Part shown: positions 34,700 to 43,273 of the stretch, piece after piece | Numbering within the stretch: the stretch's first letter is position 1 | Layout: the number at the start of each line of letters is the position of its first letter | From: Escherichia phage vB_EcoM_Alf5 | Length of the DNA stretch: 64,000 nt | Strand: one strand, 5' to 3' | Sequence record: KX377933 | Made by a program: the position numbers and the translations under genes | The notes under the pieces: generated by a model | What the model was told of the DNA's origin: nothing | The model's input: only the letters and a program-made list of their open reading frames with translations | The model's database searches: none

Positions 34700-34965
34700 C
34701 TTTAGAAACTTGGTAGATTTTTAACGTGGCTACTACCATCCACCCATACCAGACCTAACCCGACCGCACCGAACCTGACCAGACCTCACAGCGCCACACC
34801 TCATTAAAAGACCCTGTTTAAAGACCTTTTAAAAAGGTAAGTCTCATTTTAATGTAGCTGAGACTAACTACCCATACCAAACAGCACCGCACTATGCCTT
34901 ACCCCACCTCACCGAGCCTCGCCCCACATCACTTAAAAAACCCTTTTCAAAGACTCTTAAGTGAT
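34700..34965. repeat. composite repeat element, copy set 2
   Basis: Second copy of GGCTACTRCCATCC + phased C-rich block + 33-mer (34804-34837) + identical hairpin GTAAGTCTCATTTTAATGTAGCTGAGACTAACTACCC (34838-34873) + second C-rich block and a degenerate 33-mer. Confidence 0.7.
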
Positions 34966-35181
34966 GTTGGTGAGTACCCGTTGGTTTATGCTGCTCAGTA
35001 TACTCACCAAATTTTCTATGTCAACAACTTTTTATAAAAAAGTTCTGATAGCTATATGTGTCACGAAACAAAAGATTGTAAACAAGACACCCATTGCAAA
35101 AGATGTGTCCAAAAGCTTACTTGCAACGTATGACAATACAAAGACAACCAGTATAAACAGAATGACTGTACTGAACATAGT

Positions 35182-36318
35182 TTATTCATAATCCCTAATA
35201 ACTAGCCCTACAGGGAACTGTAAAGACCCCTTACGAGTCATCTTCTGGAACTGAACCGTTAAAGGTTTCCCGATAAACTCTTCAGGGTGTTCAGCAAGAT
35301 ACTGTTTCTTCTCGTGAGTAGTCTTCCATGAAACATCTACAAAGACGTTAGGAAGAGTCTCTACAACGAACTTACCATGACCACGCTTATCGGTCTTGAC
35401 ACCAGTCACTTTAAACTCTTCAGTGTGCATCTTCTTGTGCTTAATCAAGAAGTATGAACGGTGACAACACTCATAGAAGGAGTCTTCAGAGATTGAACGG
35501 TACATTGCACCTTCAAACTTAGCTTCAACCCACTTATCATGAGCTTCATCAAACTCTTCCCAAGAATTTACACGGATAGTCTGTACAGGAACAACTCTAC
35601 AGGTATCCCCAAGCTCAACAATAGGTGAGTTATCAATAACTTCACGACGTTCAGGCCAAGATTTTGAATTGTCGCAGATATCATACCAGTAGAATTTAAG
35701 AAGGTGACGGTCTGGATTGTCAGCATTCTTAATCATAGACACAATGTCTTCTAAGTCCCAACCATGAGCATAAATCTCGCCATCAAAGTCTTCAACTTGT
35801 GGATGTAATTTAAGCAACAAAAGCAAATCTGGGATTAGTTCTTCTGGAACGTTGTAAACAGTATTCTCACGAGAATAAGCCGTGAAACTAACTGAATCAT
35901 CATCTCTTGAAATTCTACAACGAACACCATCAAGTTTTGGTTGAGCATCAGCAGGGAACTTCAGGTACTTCGCATGACTAACCTTTGCAGCATCATGAGC
36001 AAGCTGTACACCTACCTTCTCAGTATTCTGTGCAGACTCTTTTGTGTAAGCATAACCTTTACGGTCAACTTGCTTTTTATACTTAGCAGCAACTTCAAAG
36101 AGAGCTTGCTGTTCAGCGTTACGCTCATTCTTTTTACCGATGTTTTTAGGTTCTGCTGTATACTCTTCAAACATCATCTTGCCATTTTCTTTACCATAGG
36201 TTGTAATAACTTTGTCACCTACAGCAACGCATGACCAGACGTTGAAAGAGCCATCTTTATTTTGTTTGTATAGGATTGTCATTTTATTCCTCTGAGTGAT
36301 ACCAAGTGTTGCAAGCAT
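35182..36318 (-). CDS. ATP-dependent DNA ligase
   Basis: 378 aa; adenylation motif I KLDGVRC (KxDGxR). Confidence 0.75.
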   Translation of the reverse strand: MLATLGITQRNKMTILYKQNKDGSFNVWSCVAVGDKVITTYGKENGKMMFEEYTAEPKNIGKKNERNAEQQALFEVAAKYKKQVDRKGYAYTKESAQNTEKVGVQLAHDAAKVSHAKYLKFPADAQPKLDGVRCRISRDDDSVSFTAYSRENTVYNVPEELIPDLLLLLKLHPQVEDFDGEIYAHGWDLEDIVSMIKNADNPDRHLLKFYWYDICDNSKSWPERREVIDNSPIVELGDTCRVVPVQTIRVNSWEEFDEAHDKWVEAKFEGAMYRSISEDSFYECCHRSYFLIKHKKMHTEEFKVTGVKTDKRGHGKFVVETLPNVFVDVSWKTTHEKKQYLAEHPEEFIGKPLTVQFQKMTRKGSLQFPVGLVIRDYE

Positions 36319-36475
36319 TACATGCGTAAATCTCTAAGTCATTTTTATCCGGTTTATGAAAACAGTTTGCTCCGCAGTGGCAACGAAATGGCTTTCCACC
36401 AACTGTCAGGACGAAGGACTGAATCTTTCCATCAGGAGTTCGTACAGCATTTTTATGCTTATCTTCTTTGTTCAT
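36284..36475 (-). CDS. small zinc-ribbon protein
   Basis: 63 aa with CHCGANC...CNACN Cys pairs. Confidence 0.4.
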   Translation of the reverse strand: MNKEDKHKNAVRTPDGKIQSFVLTVGGKPFRCHCGANCFHKPDKNDLEIYACNACNTWYHSEE

Positions 36476-36777
36476 TTCCTCTTGCCACCAATTTCTACGT
36501 CAATAACTTGAACATCACCAGCAACATCAAACTTATGAATGATGCTTTCCACAGTGTAAGTCCAATCCTCAATGCGAACCAACTCACCTTCTCGTGGGAC
36601 GATTGGATTACGTTGAGCTACCGTTGTAGTGGAGTGAACAACATCATAACGATAGATATAGTTTACTAATACTTCCATCGTTAAAACCTCACTCAATAAC
36701 CGTAGTATGTGATTGACCATTTTTGCCATAGCTATAAGATGTTGTTGTTTGAGAGTTTGGGCATCTGACAACAACAA
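36472..36777 (-). CDS. hypothetical protein
   Basis: 101 aa ORF overlapping neighbours by 4 nt. Confidence 0.4.
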   Translation of the reverse strand: MLLSDAQTLKQQHLIAMAKMVNHILRLLSEVLTMEVLVNYIYRYDVVHSTTTVAQRNPIVPREGELVRIEDWTYTVESIIHKFDVAGDVQVIDVEIGGKRK

Positions 36778-36946
36778 TATCTCTGCTTATAGCATCACCA
36801 TTGAGTTTGTAGATTTTGCAGTCTTGCATCTCTGGAGGGAGGCTGTAAGAAGCATCTTTGTTTTCATAAGATGGGTTGCAGCCAGCCAGAAAAATTACTC
36901 CAAGTGCAACCATTGCTTTCACACAACTCTTAACCTTATTGTTCAC
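36689..36946 (-). CDS. putative lipoprotein
   Basis: Signal peptide with lipobox-like LAGC (MVALGVIFLAGCNPS); overlaps the neighbouring ORF in another frame. Confidence 0.4.
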   Translation of the reverse strand: MNNKVKSCVKAMVALGVIFLAGCNPSYENKDASYSLPPEMQDCKIYKLNGDAISRDIVVVRCPNSQTTTSYSYGKNGQSHTTVIE

Positions 36947-37078
36947 GATAGTCTACCTCTCTGTATGTTTTTAAATAGTGAGTGATGAGTTCTGGTAATT
37001 CACTACGTTTAACGTTTGAACGAAGAAGTGTCCAGTCAAAACCTTTACCAACCCTTCCCCAGAGACTGTACATTTTCT

Positions 37079-37312
37079 TCATAGCAACTCCAGAATATCA
37101 ATACGTTCGCCTTTGAGTACTCCAGTACGGTCTTTTGCAATCTTACCGTCAACGATAAGGATGTGTGTAGACCTTAAAGCATCGTTGTTAAAGGTTTTTA
37201 CGAACTTGCTAGGCATGACTACAATGGACATCTCCTGAATTAACTCTGGAGTGTAGCAGTTATCATGAAGTTGCTGAATAACGTCTGCAAGTGTCATTTT
37301 TGATGTCTCCAA
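37079..37312 (-). CDS. hypothetical small protein
   Basis: 77 aa ORF. Confidence 0.35.
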   Translation of the reverse strand: METSKMTLADVIQQLHDNCYTPELIQEMSIVVMPSKFVKTFNNDALRSTHILIVDGKIAKDRTGVLKGERIDILELL

Positions 37313-37503
37313 TACTCAATGTCAATAAGTTCTTGTGCAATGCTTTTTAGATTACCTTTCAAGAAAACCTTCTCAGAACCTGAAAGAGATGAATTGTCAA
37401 TTAACCTGTTCATTCTCTCAAACAACTTCTGCTTACGGTTCTTGATAGTTTCCTTTGAAGCACCTTTCATCATTGCTGCATGGGTTCTTCCACGGTGGCT
37501 CAT
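37294..37503 (-). CDS. hypothetical small basic protein
   Basis: 69 aa ORF, Lys/Arg-rich. Confidence 0.35.
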   Translation of the reverse strand: MSHRGRTHAAMMKGASKETIKNRKQKLFERMNRLIDNSSLSGSEKVFLKGNLKSIAQELIDIEYWRHQK

Positions 37504-37554
37504 AAGCCCTCCTATATAAGATATAGTATAAGGTACTCTTCCATGAGCACCTTG

Positions 37555-38106
37555 TCAAGATAGTTTTGCAAACTCTCCGTGGAGCTTAATAGCAGCTTCA
37601 CAGTAAGCTTTATGGGCTTCTTCTGGTGTGTCAAACATACCAAGATGATAGTTTTTACCTTGTAAACGTATCATTGCTCGAAACATTTTACTTATCTTCT
37701 GTACACCTTTTGGCAACCCAGATGGGGACTCTCTTGACCGATTGCAAGAGTTTTGTGAAGCTGTACAAACCCTTAAATTCAAGTACCTATTGTCCCAACC
37801 GTCCCCATTCTTATGGTCAACCTGTAAGGTTTTATCAGGTAGATATCCATCCATATACAAGATAACTAAACGATTTGCTTGGTAACCCCTTCCATCAATC
37901 AGCAACTGAACTGACTTGTGTCCATCAGTATTTGTTCTGTAGTTTCCAGCCCTCTTACCTCCAAATCTAGAGTTAAAGTTTGCATTACCTTCTCTAAACT
38001 TCCAAGTAAAGACCCCTGTTTCGGGGTCGTAGTCCAATAGCTCCTTAAGACGAATTTCTGTAATCATTTCAACACCATCAATGCACTTCCAACCAGCTCT
38101 TACCAA
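37555..38106 (-). CDS. HNH endonuclease with AP2-like DNA-binding domain
   Basis: HNH motif QVDHKNGDGWDNRYLNLRVCTASQN; C-terminal AP2-like segment GKNYHLGMFDTPEEAHKAY; overlaps the 3' end of the polymerase gene. Confidence 0.65.
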   Translation of the reverse strand: MVRAGWKCIDGVEMITEIRLKELLDYDPETGVFTWKFREGNANFNSRFGGKRAGNYRTNTDGHKSVQLLIDGRGYQANRLVILYMDGYLPDKTLQVDHKNGDGWDNRYLNLRVCTASQNSCNRSRESPSGLPKGVQKISKMFRAMIRLQGKNYHLGMFDTPEEAHKAYCEAAIKLHGEFAKLS

Positions 38107-40777
38107 CCTTACCTGTGCCAGTTACAAGCGTCTCACTCTTCAAACCTAAATTCTTAGATGCCTGACCATACATCCAGTCAGTTATGGCTTTAACTTCTTG
38201 AGTCATACTTTCTGGGCACTCCCAACTGTTTTCATCGTGGTATGCCAGCAAAAGCCTAGCACCAATTGCTGGTTTTCGTCCATTTAATTTTGTCAACCCT
38301 TCTTCACATGCTCTTCTACAAGCAAGGTTAATTGCCTCATTTTGAATCTGAGCCTCTGAACCCATCAAAAGATAGTTCAATAATTTGTGTGGAGATTTAC
38401 ACCACAACCAAGCTCCTGCAACCTTTACAAAACCTCCTTTAGAGATTGCAGCAGTCTTACCAAACACCTCTTCAAGTGCCTTTTTAGTTGCTTTGTAGTC
38501 AGCTTCCAAGTCATCTAGCAGCTTCTTAATTTTAGGCAAACGAATAAAGTAAGTCTGTTTAGTCAGTGCTCCTTCCTGAGTAGTTGCAGCTTTAATCGTC
38601 TTAGCAAACTTCTCATCACCTGCACCGAACAGCAGTGCATAGATACCATTCTTAGCTTTCTTACGACCTTTGCTAATCTCATGAAGAAGATTCTCATCCT
38701 GAGTAGCTCGACAAGTCAAGATATCCTGCTCATCATTCAAGCTAAAGTAAATACTGTTCAGTGTATGTGCATCAGTCCCTGAATAGACAACGTACAGGTC
38801 ATTCTCAGAGTCATAGCGAAGGTACTTATCAATTTCTGGGTTGAGATACTCATCAAAATGTTTGCAGTAATAGCGTCCATCTTCTTGACGAATGAACTCA
38901 ATCTCTTCTTTACCTTGCGTTACCGCTTTGGTGAAGTCTTTGTCACCCATAAAGTTACAAAGAAGAACTAGCTGGGCTGAGTTCATGTCTACAGAGACAA
39001 CGTTAGTCCCTTCCTCACAAATCCACACTGCCCTCATTGGTTCCCCATAGACAGCAGCACCAGACGGTACGTTTACAATACCATATTGTGTCATACGTCC
39101 AGTTGAAGTACCAAACACCATTGCACCAGCACTAAGGCGACCATCAGGACGAATCTGGTTCAACCAACCTTTTTCATCATCTTTTGAGTTCTCAATAGTT
39201 CTGCGTCGGTGCATTAAAGTATAGTACTTAGCAATCTTCTGTCCAAGCTCACCTTCAATCGTATCATAAGATGATTCAGTAAGTTTTGGTGAAGTACGGA
39301 TTAAGCAAGGCTCAAGCAAATCTGTGTACTTCTTCACAGACCAGTTATGCTCAATGTACTGTACACCTTCGTGCTCAACATAGCTCAAACCACACCGCTC
39401 AACCATTTCCTGCCACTTAGGATGTTTTGTAATCATCTTTTTATTGTCTTTGAAACGACAAACTTTGACAGGGCGACCGTCTGAGTCTTTCTTGTAGTTC
39501 CAGTCATCTGGAATCCAACCAACTGATTTCAAGTAGTCTTTAACAACTGCTACCTGAGTCATACGAGAAACTTCAAACTCAATTGGTGTATATGGTGCAT
39601 CAATCAAACCTGTGTAGCGACTTGACTCAAGTTCAAAGTGGTTAACAACGTGGCTGTTATAGTACTTCACAGTTTTGACTGTTTTTACTGGCTTCCAGTC
39701 TTTGCATTTCTTACCAATCTTTGCATTCAACTCATTGCAAATTGCACGAGCATCCTTCATTGCTACAAAACCTTCCTTGTACTCTTCACCAGTTACAGAG
39801 TTGGTTGGTGTATAGCAATTCCTTTTTTCAATGTTAAAAATCTTTGTAGTTGGCTTACCAAATGGTTTGATTTCATAAGTCTGCATCTCACCATTACGTA
39901 CCTGCTGACGGTACTTTGTCTTAGGGTACTTGGTAATTCTCTTCAGTCCATCTGCATGACCAAATGTTTCAACATACTCATTCCAAGCCCTTGCAAACTC
40001 TTCTCCAGTGACTTTACCTTTGGTCTTAATAGTTGGAGGAAGATGTGGTTCAACCTCTGAAGCAAGCTCATTAGTCAACTTGTCAAGTTCCTTTACATGG
40101 AACTCCATAAGCTCTTTATCAGCTTTCCAACCATTGATAGCTTGCTGGCTCATCCAGAAAGATGTCTCTTTAGCTCGCATGTAAGTCTCATAAGTGTCTA
40201 TACCACACTTCTTAAGCTTGAGATACTCGTTATCAAGTGCCCGTTTAGTTTTGGCATTAATACGGATATCTTCTACAACACGAGTGAAGATTTCTGCATT
40301 CCACACACCCCAATGTTCAATCTCTGGTTTACGGACACCAACACGAGCACCCCATGCAGCCAAACCATGAGCACCTTTATAGCCCTTTGGGGTTGGCCTA
40401 TCCATCCACTGAACACGAGACTGGATAAGAGAGTCCTGAAAGAAATTACTCCACGGTTTACACTTTGGATTATCAAAGTTCCATAAATCAGGTGCAATGT
40501 GATTGAAAACCCACCAGTCATAACCGAGACCATTATGGATGCAAAGACGTTTTGCCTTTAACGCAAATTCAACACCTTCACGTAAACCACCTTTGATGTA
40601 CTTAGTGTACTTGTGACCGAGGATAGGCTCATCTGTAAAGACCCATACAGGTGGCTCTTCATCGTCAGATTTATAGTCTGCAAAGGCCATTACGTGAACT
40701 TTAGTGAACTCAAGGAGTAAACCATCAGTTTCTGTATCACCAACCAAATGTAAGTTTTTAAAATCTACGTTTTCCAT
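38078..40777 (-). CDS. DNA polymerase, family A (T7 gp5-like) with 3'-5' exonuclease domain
   Basis: Exo I DTETDGL, motif C-like YHDE; blocks recalled as matching T7 gp5 (ALLFGAGDEKFAK vs GFLYGAGDEKIG); start moved to the second ATG (40777) with GAGGGAG RBS. Confidence 0.85.
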   Translation of the reverse strand: MENVDFKNLHLVGDTETDGLLLEFTKVHVMAFADYKSDDEEPPVWVFTDEPILGHKYTKYIKGGLREGVEFALKAKRLCIHNGLGYDWWVFNHIAPDLWNFDNPKCKPWSNFFQDSLIQSRVQWMDRPTPKGYKGAHGLAAWGARVGVRKPEIEHWGVWNAEIFTRVVEDIRINAKTKRALDNEYLKLKKCGIDTYETYMRAKETSFWMSQQAINGWKADKELMEFHVKELDKLTNELASEVEPHLPPTIKTKGKVTGEEFARAWNEYVETFGHADGLKRITKYPKTKYRQQVRNGEMQTYEIKPFGKPTTKIFNIEKRNCYTPTNSVTGEEYKEGFVAMKDARAICNELNAKIGKKCKDWKPVKTVKTVKYYNSHVVNHFELESSRYTGLIDAPYTPIEFEVSRMTQVAVVKDYLKSVGWIPDDWNYKKDSDGRPVKVCRFKDNKKMITKHPKWQEMVERCGLSYVEHEGVQYIEHNWSVKKYTDLLEPCLIRTSPKLTESSYDTIEGELGQKIAKYYTLMHRRRTIENSKDDEKGWLNQIRPDGRLSAGAMVFGTSTGRMTQYGIVNVPSGAAVYGEPMRAVWICEEGTNVVSVDMNSAQLVLLCNFMGDKDFTKAVTQGKEEIEFIRQEDGRYYCKHFDEYLNPEIDKYLRYDSENDLYVVYSGTDAHTLNSIYFSLNDEQDILTCRATQDENLLHEISKGRKKAKNGIYALLFGAGDEKFAKTIKAATTQEGALTKQTYFIRLPKIKKLLDDLEADYKATKKALEEVFGKTAAISKGGFVKVAGAWLWCKSPHKLLNYLLMGSEAQIQNEAINLACRRACEEGLTKLNGRKPAIGARLLLAYHDENSWECPESMTQEVKAITDWMYGQASKNLGLKSETLVTGTGKVGKSWLEVH

Positions 40778-40837
40778 TTTTACTCCCTCTAAAATCATTA
40801 ACCTCATACATTACTGCAAAAAATTATAAAAAGCAAG

Positions 40838-40866
40838 TTGACAATGTACTTGACAAGGTGTTAATC
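40838..40866 (+). promoter_or_regulatory. candidate sigma70-like promoter in divergent control region
   Basis: TTGACA 40838-40843, 17-nt spacer, TTAATC 40861-40866 (weak -10); second overlapping TTGACA at 40850. Confidence 0.3.
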
Positions 40867-41034
40867 TTTGCGAAGTGGGTTTTTACTTAAAAGGTTACTT
40901 AACAGTTTAACTATACAGATACTTTAAAACTCTTAAAAGATTATTTAATAGCTTTTAAAAAGCTTTAAAGTATAACGTATAGAATACGTTAAGATAAAAG
41001 ATTAAAACTTAATAGTTACTTAAAAGAGGCTTAC

Positions 41035-41457
41035 ATGCAGAAAATGTTTGTTCACCCAGACATAGCTGACTTTGTTAGAGCTTTGCAGAAGTTGGAAGAA
41101 CTTGACATTGCTGCTCAACGGGAATATGCTCACCATCACAGGAGAATGGTTGATATACAACATGAAATAGAGTTATCTGAAAACTATGAAGATGACTTAA
41201 AATGCTCTGTGTTTGAGCATATGAAAGATGTTGCTACAGCGAGACGTAAAGCTAAAGACACAGTTGCTTTACTAGATTCTCTTAAAAAGAGGTTGCAAAG
41301 TGGTACAGACCTGTGTAATCTAGCGTCACTGATTAACGATGTTGAAACTTCTTGGGATAGGCACTACTATCCACGTTCTGAAAAGACACTTGACTTTTCT
41401 TCATCCGAAAACTTAAAATGTTCTAGAAAGAAGCTTAACCAACTGAGAGAGAAATAA
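41035..41457 (+). CDS. hypothetical protein
   Basis: 140 aa ORF, first gene of the plus-strand block. Confidence 0.45.
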   Translation: MQKMFVHPDIADFVRALQKLEELDIAAQREYAHHHRRMVDIQHEIELSENYEDDLKCSVFEHMKDVATARRKAKDTVALLDSLKKRLQSGTDLCNLASLINDVETSWDRHYYPRSEKTLDFSSSENLKCSRKKLNQLREK

Positions 41458-41458
41458 T

Positions 41459-42259
41459 ATGAATATCGATGTAGAAAAGATGCTTGAAGAAAAAGGTATT
41501 GACGAAGCATTTTTAATCAATGCCGTAGAAAGCATGGCTATGATTCTTCGTGGGAACAACTACACAGAACAGTTTATGCCTGCAAGCTATAATCTGCCTG
41601 AAGACAAGTCTGATAACGGTGCTTTTGCAGAACAGGTTAACATGATGTTGACAGACACTACACTTGCTCTGGCATCTATTGCGGTTGGTGTTGATGCACT
41701 TGCTGAGTTCATTTTTTATGAAATGCAAAAGAATGACTATATCAGGATGTCAGACGAAGATAAGGAACTGTTGCTGACTAAGGACACTGATTTCATTATT
41801 GATACGCTTATCTCATCAACAAGTGCTGTTATGGCTGCTCTTGAGAAGCGTATGGAAGAGAAACTTTCACGATATGAAAAACTTGATTGGGGTGTAGAAG
41901 AACTAAACCAACGAATCAAGGAGATTATCCAGCAAACTAAAGAGTCTTTGGAAGAAGCTGTTGAAAATGACTCTGTAGCTGATATAGAACCACTTCAGGT
42001 GAAAGTTGCACTGATGATTCCAGCTATCTCTACGATGATGAATATCGTTGCACTAATCCAACTTTCACAGATGATGGGTATGAGTATTGAGTTCATTGAG
42101 GAGATGACTGGTGGTGTCAGTCTGCAAGCAATCAATGATGTTTTGGTGAACATTGGTGCTTCAATCATTGAAGAGAAACTACGCATTAACTTTGGTGATG
42201 ATTTTGTGAAGCAAATCTCAGCTATGGCTGAAAAAGAGTCTGCTGAGCAACTGCACTAA
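41459..42259 (+). CDS. hypothetical acidic protein
   Basis: 266 aa, Glu/Asp-rich; followed by terminator. Confidence 0.45.
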   Translation: MNIDVEKMLEEKGIDEAFLINAVESMAMILRGNNYTEQFMPASYNLPEDKSDNGAFAEQVNMMLTDTTLALASIAVGVDALAEFIFYEMQKNDYIRMSDEDKELLLTKDTDFIIDTLISSTSAVMAALEKRMEEKLSRYEKLDWGVEELNQRIKEIIQQTKESLEEAVENDSVADIEPLQVKVALMIPAISTMMNIVALIQLSQMMGMSIEFIEEMTGGVSLQAINDVLVNIGASIIEEKLRINFGDDFVKQISAMAEKESAEQLH

Positions 42260-42275
42260 ATCTTTATAAATCTTA

Positions 42276-42301
42276 AAAGCCTCCTTAGTTGGGGGCTTTT
42301 T
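42276..42301 (+). terminator. intrinsic terminator
   Basis: GCCTCC-TTAGTT-GGGGGC hairpin followed by TTTT. Confidence 0.6.
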
Positions 42302-42320
42302 AGTAATTAAGGGAGATAAA

Positions 42321-43064
42321 ATGAGTAATATTATCGCATTTACTGGAAAGGCACGTTCTGGAAAAGACACCTCATGTTCTATTGTGAAGAACATCTTAGA
42401 GGATGAGTACGGCTACAATGTTGCTGTAATGGCCTTTGCAGACAACCTTAAACTGTCTGCATCAAAGATATTTGACCTGACTTGGAATGACCTGTATGGT
42501 GAAACTAAAGAGACTCCACAGGTATTTGACTTATCATATCCTGAACTGATGTTTAAAGTTACGGAAGCTATGGAGTTCACCTTCAGAGATGAACGTTACC
42601 ATATGGACTTCAAGCTTATGTCAGAGTTAACCGGACGATTAATCATGGAGCTTAAGAAGGTTGCTAAACCGACTCTATTGACACGTCTGGGGTTTAGCAA
42701 AAAGTATAAATTCTCATCAAGACAAATTCAACAGGTTTGGGGCACTGAAGTTGTCCGTAAAGTAATGGGCGACAAGTTCTGGTCTAAAGACCTTGAAAAA
42801 AGAATGGTTAGATTCCATGAAATGTGCTCACTTAGAAATCAATATGGTTTTGTATTAATCAGTGATTTAAGATTTGACTCTGAAGCTGAATGGCTGAGTA
42901 GATTTGCACACCAAACTATTGAAGTAAAAAGAGACAATGTGGACAAAGTTTCATCACATGTTTCAGAAAATGGGATTTCTACAAAATATGAGCGTGACAT
43001 TATTCATAATAATGGTACTCTTGCAGACCTTGAGAACAAGCTAAGAGCCATCATTAAAGTTTAA
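42321..43064 (+). CDS. deoxynucleoside monophosphate kinase (T4 gp1-like)
   Basis: N-terminal P-loop IIAFTGKARSGKDT, matching the T4 gp1 start as recalled. Confidence 0.55.
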   Translation: MSNIIAFTGKARSGKDTSCSIVKNILEDEYGYNVAVMAFADNLKLSASKIFDLTWNDLYGETKETPQVFDLSYPELMFKVTEAMEFTFRDERYHMDFKLMSELTGRLIMELKKVAKPTLLTRLGFSKKYKFSSRQIQQVWGTEVVRKVMGDKFWSKDLEKRMVRFHEMCSLRNQYGFVLISDLRFDSEAEWLSRFAHQTIEVKRDNVDKVSSHVSENGISTKYERDIIHNNGTLADLENKLRAIIKV

Positions 43065-43072
43065 AAGAGAGA

Positions 43073-43273
43073 ATGAAGATGAGAGTAAAAGACAATTTTA
43101 AAGTTATTGACCACCGTTTAGTGGAACTCTCATCTCTTTCCAATGAGGTAATGATTGAACGTCTTAAGAGAGTTGAATCACGAAGGAAAGAGATTGCAGA
43201 TGAAATTCATGAACTGGACAAGATTGAAAATGGATTGAAGGCAGAACTACAACGAAGAGGTGCTAATGTCTAA
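43073..43273 (+). CDS. hypothetical small coiled-coil protein
   Basis: 66 aa ORF overlapping the primase-helicase start. Confidence 0.4.
   Translation: MKMRVKDNFKVIDHRLVELSSLSNEVMIERLKRVESRRKEIADEIHELDKIENGLKAELQRRGANV

Noticed and set aside
38078-40777. Intein inside the enlarged DNA polymerase
   Set aside because: No intein block motifs (N-terminal Cys/Ser with a C-terminal HN-Cys/Ser/Thr junction) are evident; the extra length looks like ordinary insertions.
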